Made by a program: the position numbers and the translations under genes. The notes under the pieces were generated by a model. That model did not search any database. It was given only the letters and a program-made list of their open reading frames with translations, and was not told the DNA's origin. Below, piece after piece: positions 34,676 to 48,356 of a stretch of DNA of 64,000 bases (position 1 is its first letter; every line of letters starts with the position of its first letter). Source of the DNA: the human T2T-CHM13v2.0 reference genome, Homo sapiens. The DNA is taken from NCBI RefSeq assembly GCF_009914755.1, contig NC_060931.1; one strand, written 5' to 3'.

Positions 34676-35297
34676 AAAAATATCTTTATTTGTTCATTTA
34701 TACTTAGATTGTAATCTAAAACTGTAAGGCTAAGCCATGATAAAATATAAGCTCTTAAAAATTAAGAGAGAAAGAAAAAGAGAGACATAGCTAGTACAGA
34801 AAAAAAGGAGAGAGGGCGTGTCTAAGTATGTGTACCCCAGAACTGTCCAGAGAAAAGTGGAATTGGGAAAGAAAACTAGAAGAGCTGCTGGTACCTTGTT
34901 GGTATGTGAAAGCAGGTTGGGCTAGATGAGCCATGGTGTTTGCACCCTGCTCATGTCCCCACACACTGGAGGGCCGAGTCTGTGTGATTTGGAAAATGTG
35001 TCTGAGAAAGAGCACCAGGGAGAGTGAATGCAAATGGCTCTGGACGTAAGATCTCATGCTTTAGACACAAGAGCTTTGCGACTCTGGAAGATAGTGAACA
35101 CATTTCTGTTGGTTTCAGGCCAGCAATCTTCTGGGTTTGGGGAGGGTGGCGGATGGGGGTTGGGCCTTCCGTGGCTGCCAGAAGTCACAGGTGGACTCCA
35201 AGTTGAGCTGATTTACCAGTTGCTGCTAGTAGAAGTCCAGTCAGTGGGAGAATGCTGGGGCTGGGGCTCAGTTATGCAGTCAATTAGCTGGCGTAAC

Positions 35298-35520
35298 AGA
35301 AACTTTATTCCCATTGAACAACTCCCCATTTCCACGTTCTCCCAGCCCCTGGCAATCATAATTCTACTCTCCGTTTCCATGTGTTTGATTATTTTAGATA
35401 TGTTATGTAAGTGGAATCACATGGTAAATGCCCTTCTGTGACTGGCTTATTTCACTTAGTATAACATCCTCCAGATGTATCCATGTTGTCACATATGGCA
35501 GGATTTCCTTCTTTTTTATG
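35298..35520 (-). repeat. L1MA fragment; probable local copy of the L1 at 36220-38075 in its pre-MER52 state
   Basis: Shares GAAACTTTATTCCCATTGAAC, GTTTCCATGTGTTTGATTATTTTAGA and ATGTAAGTGGAATCACATGGT with the L1 flanking MER52, and is continuous across the LTR insertion point. Confidence 0.75.
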
Positions 35521-35787
35521 CTCGGGCCCATTTAGCCAATGACTTTTCTTCAGATTTCTTTTACTTTTCTATCATTTTTCTCTTCTCACCTTCTCCTTCC
35601 TTTGAGCTGAATTTCTTCCTACTCCGTTTTTCTTTTTACATTTTTTCAATCTTCTCTTCCTTGAGAGTTCAAAATAACTTCAGATTGTCATTAATCATTT
35701 GTTATTTAATTGGGTTTTCACTAATATCTGTGGATTAAGCCCACATCCTTCTCTTGGAATTTCTGGTAGAGTAGTGAAGGTGTATGT

Positions 35788-35909
35788 AATTCTACTGTTT
35801 CCATGTGTTTGATTATTTTAGACATGTTGTCATAGGATCCTTGGGGAATCACTTGGCCAGCTGGAAACCTCTGTTGCTGGTGGCACCTTTGCCCAAGTTT
35901 TGCTTGGGC
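35788..35909 (+). repeat. 122-bp local copy of 36280-36401 (L1/MER52 junction)
   Basis: 4 mismatches in 122 bp; AATTCTA at 35788-35794 and 35910-35916. Confidence 0.95.
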
Positions 35910-36319
35910 AATTCTAACCTGAGCCCCAAACTAAAATTCTGTGGACTAGGACAGATTACCTGTCAACATTTTGTTAATGTCCAGCTCCTAAATCAAGATA
36001 AGTTTCTCAAGTGTTACAGATAGTGTTAATTTCATCACCAGGGCTATCCTTAAGTGGGCACTGATTTCCACGACTGAATCATTTTTTTTTAATTGTGATA
36101 AAAACACTAAACATGAGATTTACTATCTTAAATTTTTAAGACAGTATAGCACCGGTTTTAAACTACAGGCAAAATGTTATACAGCAGATCTCTTAGAACT
36201 TAATCAGTTTGCATAACTGAAACTTTATTCCCATTGAACGACTCCCCATCTTCCCATCGCCCCAGCGTCTGGCAACCACAATTCTACTGTTTCCATGTGT
36301 TTGATTATTTTAGACATGT

Positions 36320-37953
36320 TGTCACAGGATCCTTGGGGAATCACTTGGCCAGCTGGAAACCTCTGTGGCTGGTCGCCCCTTTGCCCAAGTTTTGCTTGGG
36401 CCCACTGGGCTTGTTCTGCCCAGTAGGCCTAGCAGGCAGCTCTCAGCTTGCACTACCAGCCTGGATCTCATACCTGCCAAGAGTGAGCCAGGGGCAGAGT
36501 GGCGAGGAGTGTGTGAGCAAGCAAGCACAGGGTCCAGACACTGTGCACAGCCAGGCACACCTGCTGCCACTGGGTGGACAGCTCCAGGTGCCAGCATGGG
36601 TGATGGCTCCCTGCGAGGCTGCTGCTGGACCAGGTATACTGCAAGCAGCTTCCACTGTGGGCATTCCAGAAGCTTGGAGATGCCAGGAACTACAGAGCCC
36701 CAAAGAGGGTGTCACAGCTCTGGCTCATGGAGCTCCTACATCTGGACTCCCTGAAGAGCCACAGCTCTTCTTGCTTTCTGTCTTCTCTCTTCTCTCTTTC
36801 TCATCACTCACAACATGGTGAGTCAGGGGGCATGTTTCAGTCATGTTTATGTTACAGCCCTTTCAGTCCTGCCATTTGGTAGTTCTCAAGTTCTTGTCCT
36901 GTGTCCAGGAAGAATGAAGTAAGAATGGGTCTTCCTGGACAACTGGAGGGAGAGCAAGCTGAAGAGGTGCTTTACTGAGAGACAGTACAGCTCTCAGGAG
37001 ACCCGAAGTGCATAGCTCCTTTCCACAGGCAGGTTGTCCCAGTGAGTGCAGCTCTCAGGGGAGAGAAGACCAGGAATTGGTAACTTCTATCCACAGGCAG
37101 GTCATCCTGTCATCTGAACCCTCAGAAGAGAGGTGACCCAGAGTGGGTAGCTCTTATCTGCAGGCAAGTTGTCCCATTGTCTGCCCAAGTCTGGCTGAGT
37201 CTGGGGGTTTTATGGGTTTCGGAGTGGAGGAAGTGCCTGCTGACTGTTCTGTGGGCAGCCAAGGGCGGGCCAAGAAAAAGCACTATAAGTTCTCACTGCA
37301 GTCTGTGGAACTAGCAGCCCAGCCCCCATGCTTCAGTCCATCCTGGCTTGAAGATGGAGCTTCACCAGGGACTGCCCCTTTCCACCCAGGAGCCTGTCTG
37401 CCTCCTGCCACCAACAACCTGCCATCCATGGTGCCCACAGTGCCCAGGCTGTTTGTGCCAAGGGATGCCTGCAGGCTTGTGCCAACCTGCCCTCAGCACC
37501 CCCTCGGGGTCCCTCCCATGCTTGTCAGCACCCAAACTCCAGAGGGGGCCAAGGTGGCAGGGAGCTGGCATGTTAGCACCGCCCTGAGTGGGTGCATAGC
37601 CGGCCGTGTTGCAGCAGCATCCAGGCTCTGCCACAAATTTGCTCCAAAGTTGGGGTGGGTGCTGGAAGTGGGGAGAGGCCAGGCAGTAGGAGCAGCCACT
37701 TCTGAGCCTGTTGGGGGAGAGAAAGTTCCCAGGTTCCCAAAAACCCAGGAATGCCTGGGCCACAGCCACAGCTGAGTGGCTACAGCTGCGCCTGGGAGGG
37801 TGGGGCAGGAGCCCTGCCAACTCAAAAGAGGGAAGGGCTCCCACCTGTTCCTGGCTCCTGCAGGCTCTATGGAGCCACAGCCCTGGCTGGGCCTCCCCCG
37901 CTGCAGCCAGTATTTTCACAGTGGCTGCTTCAGATGGGTCACTGCTGCCATCA
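36320..37953 (-). mobile_element. MER52 (ERV1) solo LTR, ~1.63 kb
   Basis: Minus-strand termini TGATGGCAGCAG... and ...CCAAGGATCCTGTGACA; 4-bp TSD ATGT at 36316-36319 and 37954-37957. Confidence 0.85.
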
Positions 37954-38099
37954 ATGTCATGTAAGTGGAATCACATGGTCATTACCTTTCTGTGACCAGC
38001 TTATTTCACTCAGCATAACGTCCTCAGGTTTATCCATGTTGTTGCATATGGCAGGATTTTCTTCTTTTTTTATGGCTGAATAATATTCCATTGTGTGTA

Positions 38100-38667
38100 T
38101 GTGATGGTTAATATTAAGTGTTAACTTGACTGGATTGAGGGATGCCTAGGTGGCTGGTAAAGTATTGTTTCTGGGCATGAGGGTATTGCCAGAGGAGATT
38201 GAGATTTGAATCAGTGAACTGGAAGAGGAAGACCCATCCTCAATGTGTGTGCACCATCCAATTGGCTGCCAGTGCAGCTGAAACGAAGCCAGTAATGGAA
38301 AGGGGACTAGGCTTGCTCACTGAGTCTTCTAGCTCTCTCTTTTTTCCCATGCCAGATGCTTGCTTCTTCTCCTCCTGCCCTTAGACACCAGACTCCAGGT
38401 ATTTTGGCCTTTGAACTCTGGGACTTAAACCAGCAGCTTCTCAAGGGCTCTTAGGTCTTCAGCAGCAGACTGACAGCTGCATTGTAGCTTTCATCTGCTG
38501 CATCGTAGCTTCCCTGGTTTAAGTTTTGGAACTTGGACTACTGGCTTCTCTCTCTCTCCAGCTTGCAGATGGCCTATCTGTGCGAGCCAATTCTCCGTAA
38601 TAAACTCTCTTTCATATATACATATATGCTACTGGTTCTGTCCCTCTGGAGAACCCTGACTAATACA
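38100..38667 (+). mobile_element. MLT2 (ERVL) solo LTR
   Basis: TGTGATGGTTAATATT.AGTG..AACTTGA.TGGATTGAGGGATGC start; CCCTCTGGAGAACCCTGACTAATACA end. Confidence 0.88.
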
Positions 38668-38797
38668 TATAATGTATACCACATTTTCTTTATCGGTTCA
38701 TCTGTCAATGGACATTTAGGTTGTTTCCACATCTAGCTGTTGTGACTAGTGCTGCAATGGACATGGAGGTGCAAATATCCTTTGAGATCCTTTGAGA

Positions 38798-38811
38798 TAT
38801 GTGTGTATATA

Positions 38812-38849
<38 letters not shown>

Positions 38850-38870
38850 CACATATACACATACATATAA
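38798..38870. repeat. Compound (TG)n(TA)n(CA) microsatellite
   Basis: Read directly. Confidence 0.9.
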
Positions 38871-39688
38871 AAAGAGGTTGAGAATATGGGGTGCCATTTT
38901 TTTCTCATTTTAATTCAAAAGTTTCAGGAGAACACTTTTCCTTGTATGCTTTTTCTTTATCTGACTCAGGTAAACCTTATTAATTCCATTTTCGATTGGT
39001 GCTCATTATCACAACTGAAGGCGATATTAGGAGACTCCTTCTACTCTAGTAAAATATTTAAGGATCCTCTTGATAGTTATATGTCAGTGTAAGTATTGAC
39101 ACACCAAAAGTGTTTGGAAGCAATTAAAAGATCTTTCCAACATATACACATTAAGTTATCTATTCTCCATTTTCACTGGCTTCCTCAAAAATCATAGCTA
39201 AATTTGAGTCAGCTATTTCTTTTGCGGTCTCTTTTCCTCCTCCCTCCCTCCCTCATTCTCTTAGCCTCTCTCTTTCTTTTTCTTTCAACATTTATTGAAG
39301 GTGCATTGTGTGTCAGTATTGTCGATTCTGAAATGACACTAAAATGTCCCTTACAGTTAAGTTACAGCCACTCTTGTTCCCTTTTAATCTAATACACTGA
39401 GAGAATAGTTTTTAATTTCATTGCTGGAAATTTCCTTAGCTTCTGATTTCCCCAGGGGATTGGTGTTAAGCAAGAAAAAAAAATTACTCCTTTTTTCCTT
39501 CATCTTAGTGAGTTTGAGGGCTGATATACCTCATTGAAGTTTGCTATTAACATTAAGTTAGTTAATTATGGCAAGCACATACTCGACACGCTGTGATGAT
39601 GGAAGAGAAACAGAATAGTCCATCAGTCAGAGGAGCCTCTAAACGATTTTGCCATAATCTAGGGATATTGAAATTGATAGGTCTCAGC

Positions 39689-39931
39689 CCATCAACCAAC
39701 CAAATATAGAACCCAGCTCTTATTGAGGGACAGGATCTGGAGTTTTAGGCATGTTAAAATCCACAGGCTCCATCAACCAACAAAACGTAGAACACAGCTC
39801 TTACTGAGGGACAGGATCTGGAGTTTTAGGCATGTTAAAATCCACAGGCTCTATCAACCAATGAAATATAGAACCCAGCTCTTACCGAGGGACAGGGTCT
39901 GGAGTTTTAGGCATGTTAAAATCCACAGGCT
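39689..39931 (+). repeat. Tandem repeat, 3 x 81 bp
   Basis: Units start at 39689, 39770 and 39851; shared GAGGGACAGG(A/G)TCTGGAGTTTTAGGCATGTTAAAATCCACAGGCT. Confidence 0.97.
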
Positions 39932-40030
39932 CTGGGGTTGGTTGCCACATGTCACACTTGAACACAGAATTATTTCCGTATCCCTCTCTTGTACCTCCCA
40001 TGCATGTCATGGAACAAACTTCCCCATATT

Positions 40031-40510
40031 CACTATCCCCAACCTTTTTGGCACCAGGGACCAGTTTCCTGGAAGATAACTTTTCCACAGACTTGGGAAG
40101 GATGGTTTCGGGATGATTCAAGCACATTACATTTATTGCGCACTTTATTTCTATTATTATTATATTGTCATATATAATGAAATAATTATACAACTCACCA
40201 TAATGTAGAATCAGTGGGAACCCTGAGCTTGTTTTCCTGCAACTAGACAGCCCCTTCTGGGGTAATGGGAAACAGTGACAGGTCATCAAGCGTCATCAAG
40301 TGACAGGTCATTCTCATAAGAAGCGTGCAACCTAGATCCTCGCATACGCAGTTCACAATAGGGTTCACACTCCTATGAGAATCTAATGCCACTGCTGATC
40401 TGACAGGGGGCAGAGCTCAGGCCGTAATGAGCCTTGGGGAGCGGCTGTAAAAACACCGCCTGCTGTGCAGCCTCGTTTCTTATAGAGCACGAACAGGTTG
40501 GGGACCCCTG
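40031..40510 (+). mobile_element. MER1A hAT-Charlie DNA transposon fossil
   Basis: TCCCCAACCTTTTTGGCACCAGGGACC start, GGATGATTCAAGCACATTACATTTATTG, GGTTGGGGACCCCTG end. Confidence 0.87.
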
Positions 40511-42146
40511 CACTACGTGGCCTATTCTTGTGTCTTCTGTCTTTTCTGACTATTCCCTTGTTAAGAGACACCTCTGGCTTTGTCCCTGAAACTTGCGACT
40601 TTGCTACCTGAGTTATGAGTGGTCCTGATTGGGTATGTGCCAGTGTTCCAGTCTTTGGCTCCACCCACAAGCCACAAGATGAACCCACCCATTATAAATC
40701 TTGAGACAACAGAAAATGTAAGAGTAGGGACTCCTGCTGTCCCTGCTGCGAGCCACGTCACTCTCCTATGGGTAGAACACACCCACTTTGCCTGGTAACT
40801 GGGAACCGGGGCAGAACTTGACAATTGAGATCCGGAGCTGCTTTGAATTGTTAATCATGGCTATCAGCAAACAGTTGGAAGACATTTTAGAAGCTGATGA
40901 AAAACCCACTCCTATAGGCCTTCTAAATCACCAGTTCCCTTCTTCTCCCCTCTTTCTCCTGTTACTTCTTTCTCCTTGATTCATGCAAATGAGTATGTAT
41001 GGAACTTCCTTAATTGCACGGGGAGTCCTGGACTAAACTCAATGCTGCTGGGAAGAGAGATTTATAACCCCATCATGTCTGCAGGTCAGCACGATGGAAG
41101 CCTCATAATGGTCATTTTCCAATCAGAAAAGATTTTTAGAGTCTCTATACCAACCTTCTCTAAGCATTCCCCTCTATCTCAAAGCACGTCTCTGTCTTCA
41201 TCTGCATACACTTTTTCTCCTTAATAAGAACTTCAGCAGCCTTGAGCAGTTCATTTTTCCAGCCTGACCTCTTCTAGCAATAGCTGTCTCTTAAAATTAC
41301 TATGTATCATTTTCTCTGATGAAGCTGAATATTAAAGAAGAACACAGAGAGAGGCTTTAGACCACACAGGATGACAGTATTTCATCCTCAGAGACAGAGG
41401 GTGTTAAAATGTTCTACAGTTGTGCACTGAGGAAATCTCTTTACCCTCACACCTCCGTGAAGCCCAGAGCTGTGTCTAACAGACTTTCAGGGCCACGTTT
41501 AGCACATATTTAAATTCTCACAGCTCCTAGAAGGGCATCTAATCTCGTTTCTAAGCAAAGTCAGCTGGATTGGACCACCTTATCAGTCTGAACCTATTAA
41601 ATCTTATTTATTTCCCAGCTGCTAGAGATTCAGGTAATGGTTATTTATGTAGGAATTTGGCAAATGTCAGACAAACCCAGTGATGCTTGTCTAGAGTCCT
41701 GTTTGCAAAGGATGGCAGCCAATGGGTTATGTGAGTATTTCATAACCTTTTCTCCTAAGACTACTCCCCATTTGAGGTTTTAGACAACAAGGCCATTCAA
41801 AGTCTAATCAGGAATGAGATGGTGAGAGTGACTGTCTTATTGAATGCTGAATGCTTCCAGCAGTAGAACATGATTTATATCAATAGTATAAACTGTTTAT
41901 TCCACAAACTCATGGTGCAAATATGTTCACCGTTCTTTTGCTTTTCTCATTATTGTTTGCCCTACAGCAAAACTTTCCCAAGCACCTATTGGCAGAAAGC
42001 CCAGGATTTCTCTGCTGAGGTCCCCCCCAATACCTTGAATTGTTACTAGATGCTAAAGGCTTAATTTCTAGGAAGGGTGTATTGGGGATGGTGGTGATGG
42101 TTCTTCCAGAGAGCCAGTTTACCAGCCCACCATTACCCAGGAGTGA

Positions 42147-42602
<456 letters not shown>

Positions 42603-42844
42603 CTGAGACCAGCATTTATACTAAAATGTACCGACAGTGAGTGGCCTTGCCACACTGCCTCACAGCTACAGGTGGCCCCTCTCTTACATTTGCAGGTGGT
42701 CAGCTCAAGTGACTCTTCCTTGATAAGACAAGGATAGTCTCCCAGGGAAAGGTGTCATTTGAAACACCACTGTCAATGGACACTGTCTAATCTCTATCTT
42801 GCTAGGCACACTGTTCCCAGAACATCCCTTACACGTGGCCATCT

Positions 42845-43146
42845 TTGTTTTGTTTTTTAATATTTTCAAGACAGGGCCTTGCTCTGTCACCCAGGCTAGA
42901 GTGCAGTGGCACCGTTATGGCTCACTGAAGCCTCAGCCTCCTGGGCTCAAGTGATCTTCCTGCTTTGGCCTCCTGGGTAGCTGGGGCTACAGGTGCACAC
43001 CACCATGCCCTGCTAATTTGTGTGTGTGTGGAGATGGGGTCTCGCTGTATTTCCCAGATTGGTCTCAAACTCCTGGCCTCAAGAGATTCTTCTGCCTCGG
43101 CCTCTTAAAGCGCTGGGATTATATGTATGAGCCAACTCGCCTCGCC
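42845..43146 (-). mobile_element. AluJ SINE
   Basis: CACGTGG(C/T)CAT on both flanks. Confidence 0.9.
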
Positions 43147-43870
43147 ACGTGGTCATTTCTTTGTTCTTGAAGCAAATGGAGGACTGAAAAGCTCCCTAAA
43201 GTAATCTAGATATCCATAGCCTGCAAGCTTATGGCAAAAACCAAGGCGCTCACATTACCCCAGATTACCATCCCCTTGACCCCCACTCACCAGACCTCCT
43301 CAAGTTCTCCCTGGTTCCTCCTGGGAGTCCCCTTCACTGCTTGCCAGTTGCCCACAGCAGGAGAGAGACAACTCAGATGTCCTTGAGGCCAGCCAGCCAC
43401 CCTGCAGCAATGAGATCTGCTGGGCCTCCTGCTGGCCTGGAGTCCCCACCCCAAGCCTCTGCCATCAGTCCAAATGGAATGTCAGGCAGTGGAAGCCAGC
43501 CACACAACTGCCTGGTCTCAGAGGGGTACAGCTCTTTGAGTTGACAGCCATTTTTACCATGGAGGTCTCACAGCGCTGGCAAGGCTGAGTGAGAAGTTTT
43601 AATCCATGGGCTGTGTCCCAAACCAGCAGTTGTTTTCTGACAGCCAAGCTGCTCAGGCTAAGTCCAGGCCACCAGCCCAGATTTTGTCCTCTTTTGTGGT
43701 GGTCTCTTCTCCGGGACCTGTATGTTCTGTTCTGCAATCTGGCCTTAGGCTGGAGTGCTGGTCTATCATAATACTTGTATGTCTTTCATACTCAGAGGAA
43801 AAGGGATAGGGTCTAATATATGTTCCCTAGGTGGCCCTTCTGCCTCTTATTTCCGAGTGCAAATTGATGA

Positions 43871-44294
<424 letters not shown>

Positions 44295-44356
44295 CTAAAA
44301 TGGTCTTTTATAGCCACATATGATGATAGTGATAGATCTCATTTACATGGCCCTTT

Positions 44357-45175
<819 letters not shown>

Positions 45176-45296
45176 TCACCCATTATGCTTTTCAACAATG
45201 TTTTTAGATAAAGTATCCCATGTAATATTTCAGACAACCTTGGGAGGCAGGTTATGGCAATTTCTATTTTACTGCATAGGAAATTACATAGGCTAA

Positions 45297-45591
45297 AGCT
45301 ATGCCGTCCAATATAGTAGCCACTAGCCACACATGGCTTTTAGCACTTGAAGTGTGGCTAGTTCAGGTTGAATTATGCAGTAAGTTTAAAATTCACAATG
45401 GATTTTAATGATTTCTTACAAAAGGAATGTAAAATATCTCATTAATAATTTTTAAAATATAGATTACATGTTGAGACAATATTTTGCATATATCAGAGTA
45501 AATAATTTTAACTGTTTCTCTAAAAATGTGACTACTAGAAAATTTTAAATTACACATGCAGCCCACATTCTATTTTTATTGTGCAATGCTG
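45297..45591 (-). mobile_element. MER33/MER3-like hAT-Charlie element
   Basis: GTCCAATATAGTAGCCACTAGCCACA, ATGTGACTACTAGAAAATTTTAAATTACA. Confidence 0.72.
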
Positions 45592-46675
45592 AGCTAAGAT
45601 CGTACATTTAGTAATGGCCAGCCTGTCTTCTAACCCCGCTGTTAGTGTCCTGTGTCCTACAGCCCACAGAATAGTAGGAAAATGATGGGCTTTGGATTCT
45701 AAGAGACCTGGATTCGAATTCTGACCCTCTCACTTATGATAAATGTTTATTAGTATTTCTGAGCTTCAATTTTAGAACCTGAAAAAGAGGCTAATAAGAC
45801 CCACATTATAGGATTGTTTTAAATATTCAGTGGATGACCTACATAGAAGATCTAGCATAGAAACTGGAATTGGTGAGAAATTATAGTTACTCTCCCCATC
45901 CTGTCTCTTCTCTATAAAACAGCCACCATATGCAAACAGACAGATAATAATTTTAAAGGTCATCAATTACAGGAAAATATCACAAGTATAAAAAACTTTT
46001 TCTCATCTACATTAAACCAGAGAAATCTAGTTTTTATAACAAATTTTTTATAATTTTAACTCTGGGTACCTATTGTATGGTAGCTGTCTACAATGCCCGC
46101 ATCTCCACCAGCAGAGTAGTTTCTTCCATAGATGCAGAAGGAACAGGGCCTGTAGACATCAAGAAAGAAGCCAGACCCTTCTGGGACCAATTGTACCAAT
46201 AAGAAAACAAAATTAACTGGTGTGCACTTATCTTAATTCATCAGAAGTTTGCCTTGAGTGAAGTATGGCAAACTCATGAAGATAAAGTCCTTTGCCCATG
46301 GATTCTCCATTCGTAACATAAGCATAAAGCTGTTACGTAGTACTCTGCATAGAAACATGGCCAGCATTTCATTTACTGCTCTGTTTACCAAAGTGAGTTT
46401 AGTAGGAAATTAATAAATGTCACATGAAAAGAATACCCTGGTGAAACAAGTTCAGAAAACTAGGTTGAACAAAATATGCTGTTCTGCCTATGCTAATGTA
46501 CATCGTGACTCACCAGGAATCAGGAGGCAGTATGTAGATTCCCAAACTTATTTGACTAAGGAAACCCCTTTTTCTTTTTGCTAAATATGGAACTGCTAGG
46601 GAACTAGTATGGAGTTCATATTCTGGGGAAATAATTCAGGGAATGTTGATCTATTTAAATGGAATTTTTGTTTTC

Positions 46676-46676
<1 letters not shown>

Positions 46677-46706
<30 letters not shown>

Positions 46707-46742
46707 GAGTATGTGTTTGTGTGTGTGTGTGTGTGTGTGTCT
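46677..46742. repeat. (TC)n + (TG)n compound microsatellite
   Basis: Read directly. Confidence 0.9.
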
Positions 46743-46894
46743 CAAAATCAGTTCTCAAGTTATGACCTAGACATGTTGTTGTTGCTGTTGTTTATTTGAA
46801 CCTCAGGTCCAAGTAATTTTATTATCATACTTCTCTGTTCATGGCACACTGTCAACATCAGTTAGATTTGTTTTCCAAATCTTAAAACTCAAGA

Positions 46895-47170
46895 CTGGGT
46901 GCAGTGGCTCAGGCCTGTAATCCTAGCACTTCGGGAGGCCAAGAGTTTGAGACCAGCCTGTGAAATATAGTGAGATCTCACCTCTACAAAAAGAAATTTT
47001 TTTTTTAATTAGCTGGGGAAGGTAGCTCTAGTCTTAGCTACTTGAGAGGCTGAGGTGGGAGGATCATTTGAGCCCAGGAGTTGGAGGCTTCAGTGAGCTA
47101 TGATTGCACCACTGCACTACAGCCTGGCCAACACAGCAAGACTCTTTCTCTATAACGAAAAAGAAAAAAA
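46895..47170 (+). mobile_element. AluJ SINE with internal deletions
   Basis: Diverged dimeric Alu. Confidence 0.88.
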
Positions 47171-47699
47171 CCTCAAAAAAGTGCTTTCATTACTTTATTC
47201 TTCTTAGGACATCCTTTTATTTATCGATTTACAAGACAGTCAAATTACCAGAGGAGAAATAACTCCCAAAGGAGTTCTTTTAAAGACTAACTCTTTAAGG
47301 ATAAGGTACTTGAGTGGACTTTGAATGTAAAGGAAATCATTTTACTTTAATAATATGGAAAACTGTAATGCAAATTTCCTCTTGCTTTAACAACTATGCT
47401 GACATTATCAATCTTTTGCTTCTCGTAGCTTGTACCATGTCCCCTTTTGTCCTCACTGAAATGAATAATGTGAATCTGATCCTACTCTAACTTCATCAGC
47501 CCACTTAAATGAAAGCCCTGAGGAGCAGAAATCAGAGATCCTGTGTGCTCTTTGTAGCAACTTTGTAACTTCCTCACCATTGCCTGGAACTCATACCAAA
47601 TATATTGGTAAAACTTTTAGATAAGCTGGATGCATTCTGTCTTTCCAGGACAAACAAATAGATAAGCATTCTTTTCTTTAATGATGGCATAGTCTTACC

Positions 47700-48004
47700 T
47701 TTTTTTTTTTTTTTTTTTTTTTGAGACAGTCTCTCTCCATTGCCCAGGCTGGAGTGCAGCAGCCCACGATCTTGGCTCACTGCAAACTCCGCCTCCTGGG
47801 TTCAAACGATTCTCCTGCCTCAGCCTCCCGAGTAGCTGGGATTACAGTTGCGTGCCACCATGCCCAGCTAATTTTTGTATTTTTAGTAGAGATGGGGTTT
47901 TACCATGTTGGCCAGGCTGGTCTTGAATTCCTGACCTCAAGTGATCCACCTGCCTCGGCCTCCCAAAGTGCTAGGACTACAGGCAGGGGCCACTGCACCT
48001 GACC
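47700..48004 (-). mobile_element. AluS SINE
   Basis: CATAGTCT on both flanks. Confidence 0.92.
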
Positions 48005-48081
48005 ATAGTCTGACTTTCATTAGCAATCATTCTAAAAAGCAAATAATCTCATTGACAAACTCCCACCAAAAAGGAAAGCCT

Positions 48082-48356
48082 GGCTGGGCGTGGTCACTCA
48101 TGCCTATAATCTCAGCATTTTGGGAGGCCAAGGCGCCTCCCAAACCTCCAGGGCTCAAGAGATCCTCCCACCTCAGCCTCCTGAGTAGCTGGGACTACAG
48201 GCCTGTGCCACCACACCCAGCTAACTTTTGTATTTTTTGTAGAGATGGGGTTTCACCATGTTGCCCAGGCTGGTATGAAACTTCTGGGCTCAAGCCATCC
48301 GCCCCTCTTGGCTTCCCAAAGTGCTGGGATTACAGGTGTGAGCGACGGCGCCTGGC
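48082..48356. mobile_element. Chimeric inverted Alu junction: + strand Alu head (48082-48134) fused to a tail-less minus-strand AluJ (48144-48356)
   Basis: Both pieces lack their 3' ends; 10-bp fold-back TTTGGGAGGC...GCCTCCCAAA at the junction. Confidence 0.85.

Larger units (their letters stand above)
36085..38790 (-). mobile_element. L1MA (L1MA8/9-like) 3' end interrupted by MER52 and MLT2
   Basis: T-tract then AATTGTGATAAAAACACTAAACATGAGATT, GCATAACTGAAACTTTA, GGCTGAATAATATTCCATTG, CAATGGACATTTAGGTTGTTTCCA. Confidence 0.8.

Noticed and set aside
36234-38083. ORFs of 185-210 aa on both strands
   Set aside because: Inside the GC-rich MER52 solo LTR; no gag, pol or env similarity seen.
39689-39931. 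CRISPR-like array, or coding repeat ORF 39723-40079
   Set aside because: The variable parts are homologous between units rather than unique spacers, and the context is a primate genome with no cas genes. The ORF begins at TTG and runs into MER1A.
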